Shown here: positions 55,703 through 64,000 of the stretch, piece by piece
Layout: each line of letters starts with the position of its first letter
How positions within the stretch are numbered: the stretch's first letter is position 1
Virus record (IMG/VR): IMGVR_UViG_3300028840_003497
Location: 96,001-160,000 of that record
Source of the DNA: a virus
Direction: 5' to 3' (one strand)
DNA length: 64,000 bases
The notes under the pieces: model-generated
Databases searched by the model: none
Told to the model about the DNA's origin: nothing
What the model saw: the letters and a program-made list of their open reading frames with translations, nothing else
Translations under genes and position numbers: made by a program

Positions 55703-56304
55703 TATTTCCTCTTCATTTCTGCCTGAACGGTAACCGTCAATGGAACCCACACCTCGGTCCTTCCGCTCGGCCACTTGCGCCGCGTAGGATCGATCATCGT
55801 GCCACTCGTACGAATACCAGCAATTTTCACGTTTGGTTTAGTCCATGATTTACGCTCGCTCCATCCAACGACTCGCCACACCCAGTTGTCAGGATCTCCA
55901 AACCACTTGTGCAACTGCTGCCCCAGAGTCTTGGTCGCGCCTTTTACGCTCGTTCCAAACGCGTCTTTCATGGCCTTGACGTTCTTGGAGTCTGTCCCTG
56001 CGATGTTAAAGTAGTGGTTAGAGGATGCCGCATCAATAGTCGCCCCTGCACCTCCACCCTTGCCGGGCTTTAACTCCAGATCAAACTTAAAAATCGTCCC
56101 ACTCTTCGTGTCCTTCTTTTTGAGACGTTTGATGTTGATATCGCCATCAAATCCAGCTTTGATCGCGGGCTTACCACCAGTCGATTTGTCACCGTTAGGA
56201 AGAATGCCCTTTGACAAAAAATTCTTCGCCTGATCGTATTCCTTACCCTCCATCAACGGTTCCACGCCGATGAACTGACCGAGTTTTTCCATGAGTTTTT
56301 TCAT
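55702..56304 (-). CDS. Putative head-internal protein (MKKLMEK)
   Basis: Shared N-terminal motif. Confidence 0.6.
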   Translation of the reverse strand: MKKLMEKLGQFIGVEPLMEGKEYDQAKNFLSKGILPNGDKSTGGKPAIKAGFDGDINIKRLKKKDTKSGTIFKFDLELKPGKGGGAGATIDAASSNHYFNIAGTDSKNVKAMKDAFGTSVKGATKTLGQQLHKWFGDPDNWVWRVVGWSERKSWTKPNVKIAGIRTSGTMIDPTRRKWPSGRTEVWVPLTVTVQAEMKRK

Positions 56305-56313
56305 AACAGACTC

Positions 56314-56715
56314 CTAATTCATACCAACATAATAGCCGAGTTTCGTCCACCCTGTCTTGCCATAGACATCCTTGACCATCTGAATCGCAGCAACCGTTGA
56401 TGCCTCTCGGACCGGCGTGTCATCAGCTCCAACAGTATCATACTTCCTATGAACCGGAGATATGATTTTAGTGTAAAGCTTCCCAGCAATGGGTCCGGCG
56501 ACTTTCGTGTCGTACTCCGGAATCTTCGCCAGTTTTGAACGAATGGCTTTCTTGAATTTCGCCATGGCCGAATTGAGTTCCGACACTGCCTTGGAGACAA
56601 GAACTTCCTCTTGCTTATCCTCCGGCTCGTACAACCCCCAGAATTTCCAATCCGCCTTCGGAATCCAGCCCTTCTGGGACTCTTCTAATTTTCTGTCGAT
56701 TAGTTTACGCATCAC
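56314..56715 (-). CDS. Putative head-internal protein (MRKLIDRK)
   Basis: Shared N-terminal motif. Confidence 0.6.
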   Translation of the reverse strand: MMRKLIDRKLEESQKGWIPKADWKFWGLYEPEDKQEEVLVSKAVSELNSAMAKFKKAIRSKLAKIPEYDTKVAGPIAGKLYTKIISPVHRKYDTVGADDTPVREASTVAAIQMVKDVYGKTGWTKLGYYVGMN

Positions 56716-56996
56716 GACATTCCATGTTTTTTGAGAAGCGTAGCGACGGATTTCCCAGTCGCGTCCGTCTCCCTGGTAATCACCATCCGGACAAACGCCT
56801 TGTTGTTTTTTGAATCGAATGTCATCGACGCCTCGTCTTCACCGGCATCGATATACACCTCGTCGGTGGCCCGATGAACCCGACGGAACCGCTCTGCCTT
56901 TAACTCCTGCCGGACACGCTCCGCCGTCTTCTCATCATCGGCCCACCTGTCCTCGCGGCTTATCTTTTCGATTAAATCTCTCATGAAATCCTCCAT
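56712..56996 (-). CDS. Putative head-internal protein (MRDLIEK)
   Basis: Shared N-terminal motif. Confidence 0.55.
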   Translation of the reverse strand: MEDFMRDLIEKISREDRWADDEKTAERVRQELKAERFRRVHRATDEVYIDAGEDEASMTFDSKNNKAFVRMVITRETDATGKSVATLLKKHGMS

Positions 56997-57034
56997 GTTT
57001 TCAAGAGCTTACAACCCTGAAAGGTGTTTGTCAA

Positions 57035-57433
57035 CTATCTCTCCCGCTCCTGCCAGGCCCTGGAAATCTTGCGTGAAATCTCCCGAACTTCATCGGCAGC
57101 ATCACCCAACCCCTCCTTCTCCAGGAGATGAATAGTCCACCCCAGTAGCGAACCTGGATCGTATTTATTCAGTTTAGGCTGAGATTTCTCTACCAACAAT
57201 TCGCCGGTCGCACTCTCAATGACAATATCCCCGCTCCACCGATGGCCGTTCTCGCATTCATTCCCGTGCCCTCGCCGGAACTGATCCAAGCTGTGAGGAA
57301 GAACTCTGGATGAGCAACGACACCCAGACACTTTGGCCCCTCCACAAACAGGACATCCGACTTTCTCGACCTTCGAATTTTCGATGCTCACTAAATCAGA
57401 CATCTTCTCAGAAAGTAGTCTTATGGTGTTCAT
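57035..57433 (-). CDS. Zinc-binding hypothetical protein
   Basis: CPVCG..CRC...CENGH.W. Confidence 0.6.
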   Translation of the reverse strand: MNTIRLLSEKMSDLVSIENSKVEKVGCPVCGGAKVSGCRCSSRVLPHSLDQFRRGHGNECENGHRWSGDIVIESATGELLVEKSQPKLNKYDPGSLLGWTIHLLEKEGLGDAADEVREISRKISRAWQERER

Positions 57434-59148
57434 AATTTCCTCGTCGCCACAAGTGCCAACTTGCGCGCGTTCTTGGCTTTCTTTAGATCCTTGGCCGACT
57501 GGGAGTGTATTGCAACACGGAACGACTCAGCGGCCTTCTCGTGACTCTCAGCGGCCTCTAGTGCCATCTCAGCATCGACACCGTTTTTGTTCTTGGCCTG
57601 TTTCCGGAGGTAGATCGCGTCCTGCTCGTGCCAGCCCATCATCTGCTCGGCCTCGCGAAGCTTCTTGCTCGACACGCCCTCACAGAACACGGCCAAATTC
57701 TCGGCCAGAATCTCCAATTCATTCTCAGGACCCACACTCTCACGTATTGCGCTCCGCAACCGATCTACATGCGGACCCTTGAGCCGACCAAGGACGTAAA
57801 ACGCGAAGTTCTCGGCGAATTCTTCCTCAGCATTCCGCGACGCGTAGTCAGTAGAAAATTCTGCCTTCTTAAAATTTCGTGCCCACTGCCTACGCTGCGC
57901 GCCGCTCATAAACCTAGCCCAATACCTGTGCGCCATCTCGTGCAGGAGGTCCTTCGCTCCCACACCGGCGTACATAAAATCCTTGGGTTTGGAGTAGATA
58001 TGAATCTTATCAGCCCCTGGTAAATAGGCTGCTGACGCCTGCCATGTCTTTCCTGTCTGACCACCAAGCCACGATTTCGCTGCATCCTTGCCGATCTTGC
58101 GCTGCCCCTTGGAACGGCCTTTCACAACGATTACACCGTACCACAACTTTCCAAACCCCTTCTTATTTAAGAGTTTCTGAGTCCGGATTGCCTCCTTAAC
58201 ATACTGATGCAGTTGCTTCGGACTGCGCTGAACGTCCTGGCCACCTTTTTTCGCATTCGCTGGATTCATCTCTATCGGAAGCGTATCCAGAACTAAAGTA
58301 ACCTTTCCGATCTTCGCCTCTGGAAGCGCCTCGTAAAAACCAGAAAGTTTCACACCATCCTTGTTTAGACTATCCTGCGCCTTCTTCATAGGAAGGAGTA
58401 TTTCTTTCTCTATCTTCTTGAGTTGGTTGAAAATCTCATCAAGAAGTACGCGATCAACACGCTTTACTTTATCCCTGGTCCGTTGGAACAACGCGCGCCA
58501 GAAAGACTGCCCATCCTCCGCAGTTATTTTTTCGAAATCATTGCACCCCTTGGACATATAATCTGCAATTCCCCAGATCATGTTTTCGACATCGTCTATC
58601 TTATAAATCAAACGCGCCTGGAAATTTCGCAAATCGTACGCTTGGACAGTCCCATCCGTATTCATCATGGCGTATTGGCCACCGTACTCTTTGTGATCCT
58701 TTGTCTTTTTTCCAGATCCTTTATATGGCCAAAAACCCTGAACATATAGCAAATTGTCACGGAGCCTCCGGATCCGGGTGATCCCCTCGGCCAGAAATTT
58801 GTACGCATCACAAATGTGCTTCCGATCGTAATAATCCATGTCTGGGAGGGCCTTCTTCTCGCCCTTTTTCCACTGCAACCACCATTTCCGAACGCCTTTG
58901 ATCCACTCCTGAGTTATCTTTTCCTCGATCAGCACTCCCATCGTGCCGGGCTCAGCGGCCTCCGCCTTGGAAATCCAACAATCGAAATCCGGGCTCTTGC
59001 ATACGTTTTTGTAAATGGTGGTCACCAAAGAGTAGAACTTATCGGGATCGCTCTTTTCGAGCCCCGCACCATATTCCTTTGCAACGATACCCTTCGCCTT
59101 TTTCCAGGCTTTTTCTCCGTCCGGCGTTCTTACAAAATTAGCTGGCAT
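57430..59148 (-). CDS. Multidomain protein with zincin metallopeptidase domain
   Basis: LLHEMAH...STDYA...EEFAE.F. Confidence 0.75.
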   Translation of the reverse strand: MPANFVRTPDGEKAWKKAKGIVAKEYGAGLEKSDPDKFYSLVTTIYKNVCKSPDFDCWISKAEAAEPGTMGVLIEEKITQEWIKGVRKWWLQWKKGEKKALPDMDYYDRKHICDAYKFLAEGITRIRRLRDNLLYVQGFWPYKGSGKKTKDHKEYGGQYAMMNTDGTVQAYDLRNFQARLIYKIDDVENMIWGIADYMSKGCNDFEKITAEDGQSFWRALFQRTRDKVKRVDRVLLDEIFNQLKKIEKEILLPMKKAQDSLNKDGVKLSGFYEALPEAKIGKVTLVLDTLPIEMNPANAKKGGQDVQRSPKQLHQYVKEAIRTQKLLNKKGFGKLWYGVIVVKGRSKGQRKIGKDAAKSWLGGQTGKTWQASAAYLPGADKIHIYSKPKDFMYAGVGAKDLLHEMAHRYWARFMSGAQRRQWARNFKKAEFSTDYASRNAEEEFAENFAFYVLGRLKGPHVDRLRSAIRESVGPENELEILAENLAVFCEGVSSKKLREAEQMMGWHEQDAIYLRKQAKNKNGVDAEMALEAAESHEKAAESFRVAIHSQSAKDLKKAKNARKLALVATRKL

Positions 59149-59160
59149 TTCTCTTTTTTC

Positions 59161-59541
59161 TTACCCTTTCAAGAGCCCTTTTATTACAGCTTTTAATATC
59201 ACGCCGAGAGCACTTCCAACAACAGAAAAGAAATCCTTAGCCCTGGATTTCTCGTCAGCTTCCATGTTTTGCAGCAGCGCCAGAGCGTCACTACGAGCCT
59301 TCAAGGAGGCAAATGACAGGTCCGGCGACTTCCCGTTGCTCAAATCATCAACGGCCTTCTGGACGCGCTCCACGCCCTCCCAGCCGTACTTCTCGACGGC
59401 ATCGCCCAGCATATCCACCACGGCGCGCTTCCAGGGTTCGTCCATCTGGCTCTGGAGCTTGTCCATTGCCTCTTCGGCCTTCTTCATTCCGACAACACCC
59501 GCGCTCCTAACCATATTCTTTAACAGTTTATCCCACTCCAT
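59161..59541 (-). CDS. Hypothetical protein
   Basis: SD GGAGGT; amphipathic C-terminus. Confidence 0.65.
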   Translation of the reverse strand: MEWDKLLKNMVRSAGVVGMKKAEEAMDKLQSQMDEPWKRAVVDMLGDAVEKYGWEGVERVQKAVDDLSNGKSPDLSFASLKARSDALALLQNMEADEKSRAKDFFSVVGSALGVILKAVIKGLLKG

Positions 59542-59720
59542 GGATTACCTCCCCTTTTTGAACTTCTTCTCGAACGGGGCCTTGCCGGGACACCGGACAA
59601 GCACCGTTTCGCTATCGATTTTTTTCACATCACAACGTGGATACCGCTGCTTGGCGTAATTCACCATCGGATTGCACCCGCTCAGCATCACCACTAGGAC
59701 CATCGCCAATAAACGCATCA

Positions 59721-60185
59721 TCACTCTCCCGCGTCGACTCCTGCATCCCCACCGTAGTCAAGTTCGTCCGGGATCGGTTGAGGCTCGCTAATACCTTTTT
59801 CCGCCTTCGGACAGAGCGACGAAACATCAGGAATCTCCGGTGGCTCCTTCGGCGGGCGCTTCTCATGGAGTCCACCAAGGTATTCCATAAAAAGAAGATG
59901 ATACTTCATCCGGTACTGCACTACGAGAATCGTCTCGGCGAGATTCTGGCACTCCTCAGATGTAAAGCCCCGGACGCCGAGCACCTCGTCGCAGACACAG
60001 TACTCATCGATCATTGCCATGCCACGCTCCACCTGTTCAGTGGCAGCCGCCTCCATGAAGTTGACCTCCGCAGAGTAAACCTCTGAATCCCGGACAGACC
60101 CGGAACAGCTTAACAAGACTATAGCAACTAGAATCGTCGCAATCAAAATACCCAGTTCGCGGAAGCACTGATCGTACATCCTCAT
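59721..60185 (-). CDS. Lipoprotein
   Basis: Hydrophobic signal ending LLSC; DAGVDAG tail. Confidence 0.65.
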   Translation of the reverse strand: MRMYDQCFRELGILIATILVAIVLLSCSGSVRDSEVYSAEVNFMEAAATEQVERGMAMIDEYCVCDEVLGVRGFTSEECQNLAETILVVQYRMKYHLLFMEYLGGLHEKRPPKEPPEIPDVSSLCPKAEKGISEPQPIPDELDYGGDAGVDAGE

Positions 60186-60223
60186 CGGACACCTCCCTCC
60201 CGCGAACTTGAGTTCGTCGCGGG

Positions 60224-60466
60224 TTATGAAATCGTGCCCGGGGCTGTACCGCTCCCGGGCTCCACGTCGGTCACCTCGACCTCCGTGTTGGCGACTAAAT
60301 AATCAATAATCGCCGCCGCCTCCAGATTGATCGCTTTCGCATCATCCTTCAGTGGATATTTCTTTCCCCATGCCTCTTTCCGGGCATCTGCAATTTTCCC
60401 GGCGAGACCTGTTCCTTTCATCGCATCTCCAGCTTCAAGCGCCATCAGATTTCTCAACTTTCGCAC
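60224..60466 (-). CDS. Hypothetical protein
   Basis: Small ORF in the structural region. Confidence 0.5.
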   Translation of the reverse strand: MRKLRNLMALEAGDAMKGTGLAGKIADARKEAWGKKYPLKDDAKAINLEAAAIIDYLVANTEVEVTDVEPGSGTAPGTIS

Positions 60467-60755
60467 TCTTGAGGGCTTCCTCTAACAACTTCAGGGCCGT
60501 GCTCATCGCCTGCGCTGCAGACCCACCATGGGCAGCAGCGAGCACCTCAAACGCGTCCCAGGTTGCCCTCGGCATCATCACCATAATCAACTCATCGGGA
60601 TTGGGATCCTCGTCCCCTTCACCCGACAGAGGCCGTATTTCTCGCTCAGGAAATTCCACTTCTTCACGATCCTTGTAGCCGTCGCCCGGCTTCGGATCCT
60701 TCGACTTAGAACCCTGACGTTCGATTACACGCCCCTTTTCAGCTTTCATCCCCAT
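60435..60755 (-). CDS. Hypothetical protein (possible ribbon-helix-helix)
   Basis: C-terminal strand-helix-helix pattern; weak. Confidence 0.45.
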   Translation of the reverse strand: MGMKAEKGRVIERQGSKSKDPKPGDGYKDREEVEFPEREIRPLSGEGDEDPNPDELIMVMMPRATWDAFEVLAAAHGGSAAQAMSTALKLLEEALKSAKVEKSDGA

Positions 60756-61522
60756 CCGTCTAGTCCGTTCTTACTACGATTACCACCAGGAGCAGGAGGA
60801 TCGGCCTCGGTACTATCCCAAATGCTTCCAGGGTATTGAAATTTAGGATCCTGATTAAAACCAGCCTGAATAATAACATTATTGATCGGATCCTGCACGA
60901 CCTGCTTAAAAGTCAGCGACACCGACGCCCGTCGCGGAGTGCCATCTGGGAAGGCCAGGATGTAGTTTACATCGCAAGCAGTCATCACCGCATAAATCAC
61001 ATCGCTCGCATCGGTGTCTGAAATCCGCGATCCAGGAACTGATAAAATCGCAATAGGAGGCGGGAATACCGACCGGTAACCCTCAACATCCTTATAGCTT
61101 GGATAGCAAAACGCGCGCAGGTATTTAATTTCTGCCGCGACATCCACGTTGTATGGGCGATTATCCTTTAAATACTCAGAGTTCGGTGTATTGAGCTGGA
61201 AAGGATCAAGGATCGTCTCAAACGTATTCCGATCACTGACCGGCTTCATGAACCGATGGAAGTGAACTTCGAATGTGATCGTGCGACCACCATTACTGGC
61301 CCACTGCGCGAGCGAGTGCGACGCACCAGGGATGTCTTTAAAATTCCACCCGATCTCAATCGTGTCAGCGATCGACTCCGGCCAAAACTGAAAAGTTCTT
61401 TCCGGGAGCATCACTGTCTGATCTGTTGGGCTCACTCCGGCGATGGACATGGCTTTGTAATCCATGCCCTCTGGGCCGTACAGCATAGCCTCAGTTAACG
61501 CTCCTATAACTCCAAATGCCAT
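60746..61522 (-). CDS. Contractile tail tube-initiator/baseplate-type protein
   Basis: FQF.PESI.D...GGRTITF...F.DG.P.RA.VSLTF.Q pattern. Confidence 0.65.
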   Translation of the reverse strand: MAFGVIGALTEAMLYGPEGMDYKAMSIAGVSPTDQTVMLPERTFQFWPESIADTIEIGWNFKDIPGASHSLAQWASNGGRTITFEVHFHRFMKPVSDRNTFETILDPFQLNTPNSEYLKDNRPYNVDVAAEIKYLRAFCYPSYKDVEGYRSVFPPPIAILSVPGSRISDTDASDVIYAVMTACDVNYILAFPDGTPRRASVSLTFKQVVQDPINNVIIQAGFNQDPKFQYPGSIWDSTEADPPAPGGNRSKNGLDGWG

Positions 61523-61531
61523 CAGCTACCC

Positions 61532-62089
61532 CTATTCATATTCCATATGGCCTGAGATTAACGATACCACAAACGCAGCGAATTCGTCAGGTTGCATATC
61601 TCGTACACCCTGCTCAACGATACTCATGTTAACTTCGCTGAATTTTCTCGGCGGCTGTGCGATACCCTCTGTTGCCTTAATATCTCTCGCTGCAGCCCTG
61701 GCCGCAATAATCCTCATCGGCAATGGAACCGGAGCGTCCTCCGTCTTGGTAACAGGGGCAGTCGGAACCGGCCCAACAACCTCACCATCACCCAACTCGT
61801 CGAGCTGCGTGGCAATTCCATCACGGATCGTTGTGATCGATATGATCATCGAATCCAACTCTGCACTTGCCGTCGGATCTTCGTCCTCATACGCATCGCC
61901 CTCTTCCGTCTTGAAATTCTCGAACAAAATAATACTGGCGTCGAGTCTACTTTTAAGACCCTTTGCGATCAACTTCGAAATCGACTTCCGCCGAGTGAAC
62001 GAGTGCAGCAGGGAAGGAAGCACTTCCACCTCTGACAACACCTGCTGCTTGCTCGTCTGCCCCGTGATTTTTTTGTACTTAATACTCAT
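61532..62089 (-). CDS. Hypothetical protein
   Basis: Start moved to MSIKYKK, just after the upstream stop. Confidence 0.6.
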   Translation of the reverse strand: MSIKYKKITGQTSKQQVLSEVEVLPSLLHSFTRRKSISKLIAKGLKSRLDASIILFENFKTEEGDAYEDEDPTASAELDSMIISITTIRDGIATQLDELGDGEVVGPVPTAPVTKTEDAPVPLPMRIIAARAAARDIKATEGIAQPPRKFSEVNMSIVEQGVRDMQPDEFAAFVVSLISGHMEYE

Positions 62090-62090
62090 C

Positions 62091-64000
62091 TCAGTACCCC
62101 ATGATATTCGGCACTCGGAACAACCAACCACGCCCGGCACCCGTCGCTGTGTTTTGCTCAGGAGCGAACCAGATATTCTCACCATCAAATGCCGGATCAG
62201 CATAGATGTCATTCACCCCGGACCACGCAATATCAGGAACAATGCCTGCATGAAAATCGCGAACTATCGTCTCAAGAGGTTGGCCTCCAGCTGGAGACAC
62301 TGGCCAGTTTTGATTGGCACGCTGAACACCCAGTTTGGCAATAACATAGGTTTCATCCACTTCATCCCAGATCGGTGCCCAAATATTCTTCCCGTCAAAA
62401 CAGGCACCTCCGATGTACGAATTTGGATAAGCAGTCGGCAGGAAATTCTTAACTTGCAGAGTCGCGCCCAACGCCACAGAGCGCTGCATTGCGACCCCAA
62501 TCTCGCCAGCATTGTCACCTTGCCCAACAGCCCACACATTGTACCCGTCATAGTAAAGGCCCCTCGCGTGTGTGTACAACGCGGCATAATAGTACATTCC
62601 CCAGTTTGGAGTATTTACTGTCTGAAAGTCGCTAATGTTCAACTGGTAGATGTACTTAGCATTCAGCTGAGCACCTGTGTTTTCGTAAGTGGAAAAATAA
62701 ACATTCTGACCATCAGACACCATCGGACCCATCGCATAAGTAGGATTCAAGAGAGCGGGACCGCTGCCAGTAGTGCAGTCGCCACAGCCGAAACTCATAA
62801 TAGCCCCATCGGCCTTGCGTATCTTGCGTAGGCCAGCAGTCGCAGGAGTTCCGCCAAACAGATTCTGACCACTTGCGTTCGCTGCCAAATAGCTATCGTC
62901 GATGCATATCAAACGGTTCCTTTTGTCGTACCACGGAGCCGCGCTAAATGACGGACCCACCTGTGCTCCTGCTGCGGGCCACGACGAATCAAGTGTCGTG
63001 CCAAACCCAAATTTATAAACACGACTATCGCTGAGATTGCCTGCATCCGTGACTCTGATATAGACATCCTCACCATCGACGGCAATATCATCATATACCC
63101 ACGCGCTTGTTGGAGCAGGAAGAGATGCTATATAATCGTACTCCGTCAATGTCCTCGTCACAGGATCGTACCATCCAACCCTGTCCAGAGTTATCGGCGT
63201 CAACGAACTACGCATGAGCATGACAAGAGTCGTCGAATCACCAAGACGCCAAGGAATGATCTTGTCAATGGCATAAGGGTTCAGCAACGAGTCAGCAATA
63301 TAGTGAGAATTCAGATAAGCATACGAAACTGCGTCATTGCGGGATAAGACATGCAAATGCTGTGTGAGATCTTCGTCGCGCATATTTTCGGACGCGGTTC
63401 CACGCACCCGACGATGCAGCGAATTAAGCACTGCCTGGGCATTCAAATCTTCGTCAATATCTTCCGCCAAGGGCCACAACGGTGGCGCTTCTTTGTGCTG
63501 AGATATTACCTCGATAGAGTGCGGCTGAACGTTCACCGGAGAAGCCTGAACCGGAGCCTGATCCGTGGTTGAAAAAGTTGTCTTCTTATAACCAGTTACC
63601 AAGAAATCCTGTGCTGCCTGATCTTCAGTGAAAAAAGAAATCTCCAAGACCGGGTTGTTGTAAAAACCCTCAGAGTCAGCGTCTGTAGATGGTCTCATAG
63701 CTGTCGCACCACCCGTTAGCCATAACCTAAAAACGCGCAGACCACCTTGATCCTCCTCGAAATAGGCTGGCTCCCACTCGTGTTTATTAGGGTGCAAAAG
63801 ACCGTCGTAATCGGAGGCGAGTTTGAAGTATTTACTCGCATCACTAGAGTCCCCACCTTTTCCGACATACCAATCTCCGGTTAAAGTAACCTTAACCGGA
63901 TTCGATCCAAGGGGGTCTATGTTAATCAGTTCGCTGGCAGGCTCCGCGACATACTTATTTGCTACATCATCCATCGTAGCAAACGGATTCGATGTATCCG
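62091..64000 (-). CDS. Putative tail fibre/virion protein, 5'-truncated by the window edge
   Basis: Frame stays open to the window end (DTSNPFATM...); repeated DG..IW beta-propeller-like motifs. Confidence 0.6.
   Translation of the reverse strand, partial: DTSNPFATMDDVANKYVAEPASELINIDPLGSNPVKVTLTGDWYVGKGGDSSDASKYFKLASDYDGLLHPNKHEWEPAYFEEDQGGLRVFRLWLTGGATAMRPSTDADSEGFYNNPVLEISFFTEDQAAQDFLVTGYKKTTFSTTDQAPVQASPVNVQPHSIEVISQHKEAPPLWPLAEDIDEDLNAQAVLNSLHRRVRGTASENMRDEDLTQHLHVLSRNDAVSYAYLNSHYIADSLLNPYAIDKIIPWRLGDSTTLVMLMRSSLTPITLDRVGWYDPVTRTLTEYDYIASLPAPTSAWVYDDIAVDGEDVYIRVTDAGNLSDSRVYKFGFGTTLDSSWPAAGAQVGPSFSAAPWYDKRNRLICIDDSYLAANASGQNLFGGTPATAGLRKIRKADGAIMSFGCGDCTTGSGPALLNPTYAMGPMVSDGQNVYFSTYENTGAQLNAKYIYQLNISDFQTVNTPNWGMYYYAALYTHARGLYYDGYNVWAVGQGDNAGEIGVAMQRSVALGATLQVKNFLPTAYPNSYIGGACFDGKNIWAPIWDEVDETYVIAKLGVQRANQNWPVSPAGGQPLETIVRDFHAGIVPDIAWSGVNDIYADPAFDGENIWFAPEQNTATGAGRGWLFRVPNIMGY

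Noticed and set aside
61464-62831. 455-aa plus-strand ORF and other long antisense ORFs (e.g. 8310..9230, 50312..51313)
   Set aside because: They lie opposite well-supported minus-strand genes and have no recognisable motifs.
1-64000. Genome-wide stop-codon recoding
   Set aside because: Long genes are intact in the standard code and several end in TAG or TGA; only one in-frame TAG was noticed and no clear suppressor tRNA.

Overview
A 64-kb segment of a large tailed dsDNA phage genome, probably contractile-tailed, with almost all genes on the minus strand. The DTDSD-repeat and 'DAG'-type lipoproteins hint at a myxobacterial/deltaproteobacterial host (inference). In order, it carries: (i) an RNA cluster (tRNA-Met, tmRNA, a YrlA-like Y RNA, atypical tRNAs, unexplained structured RNAs); (ii) replication genes (SF2 helicase with two inteins, SSB, DnaB with one intein, DnaC-like loader); (iii) a nicotinamidase/vWA/PP2C/kinase (TerY-P-like) cluster with a broken pncB; (iv) many small accessory genes; (v) a single plus-strand island; (vi) eight tRNAs beside an HNH endonuclease; (vii) probable head-internal and tail genes. 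The top finding is in the plus-strand island: a RAMP/Cas7-like gene followed by a strictly phased array of 52 GGY-NN pentamers, split into 7 units by GGAWC-NN delimiters, with a UvrD-like helicase upstream. This is a candidate non-CRISPR programmable RNA-guided system. Second is an intein whose endonuclease is encoded in an overlapping +1 frame with its own sigma70-type promoter. All protein assignments come from motif recognition by eye; no searches were run.
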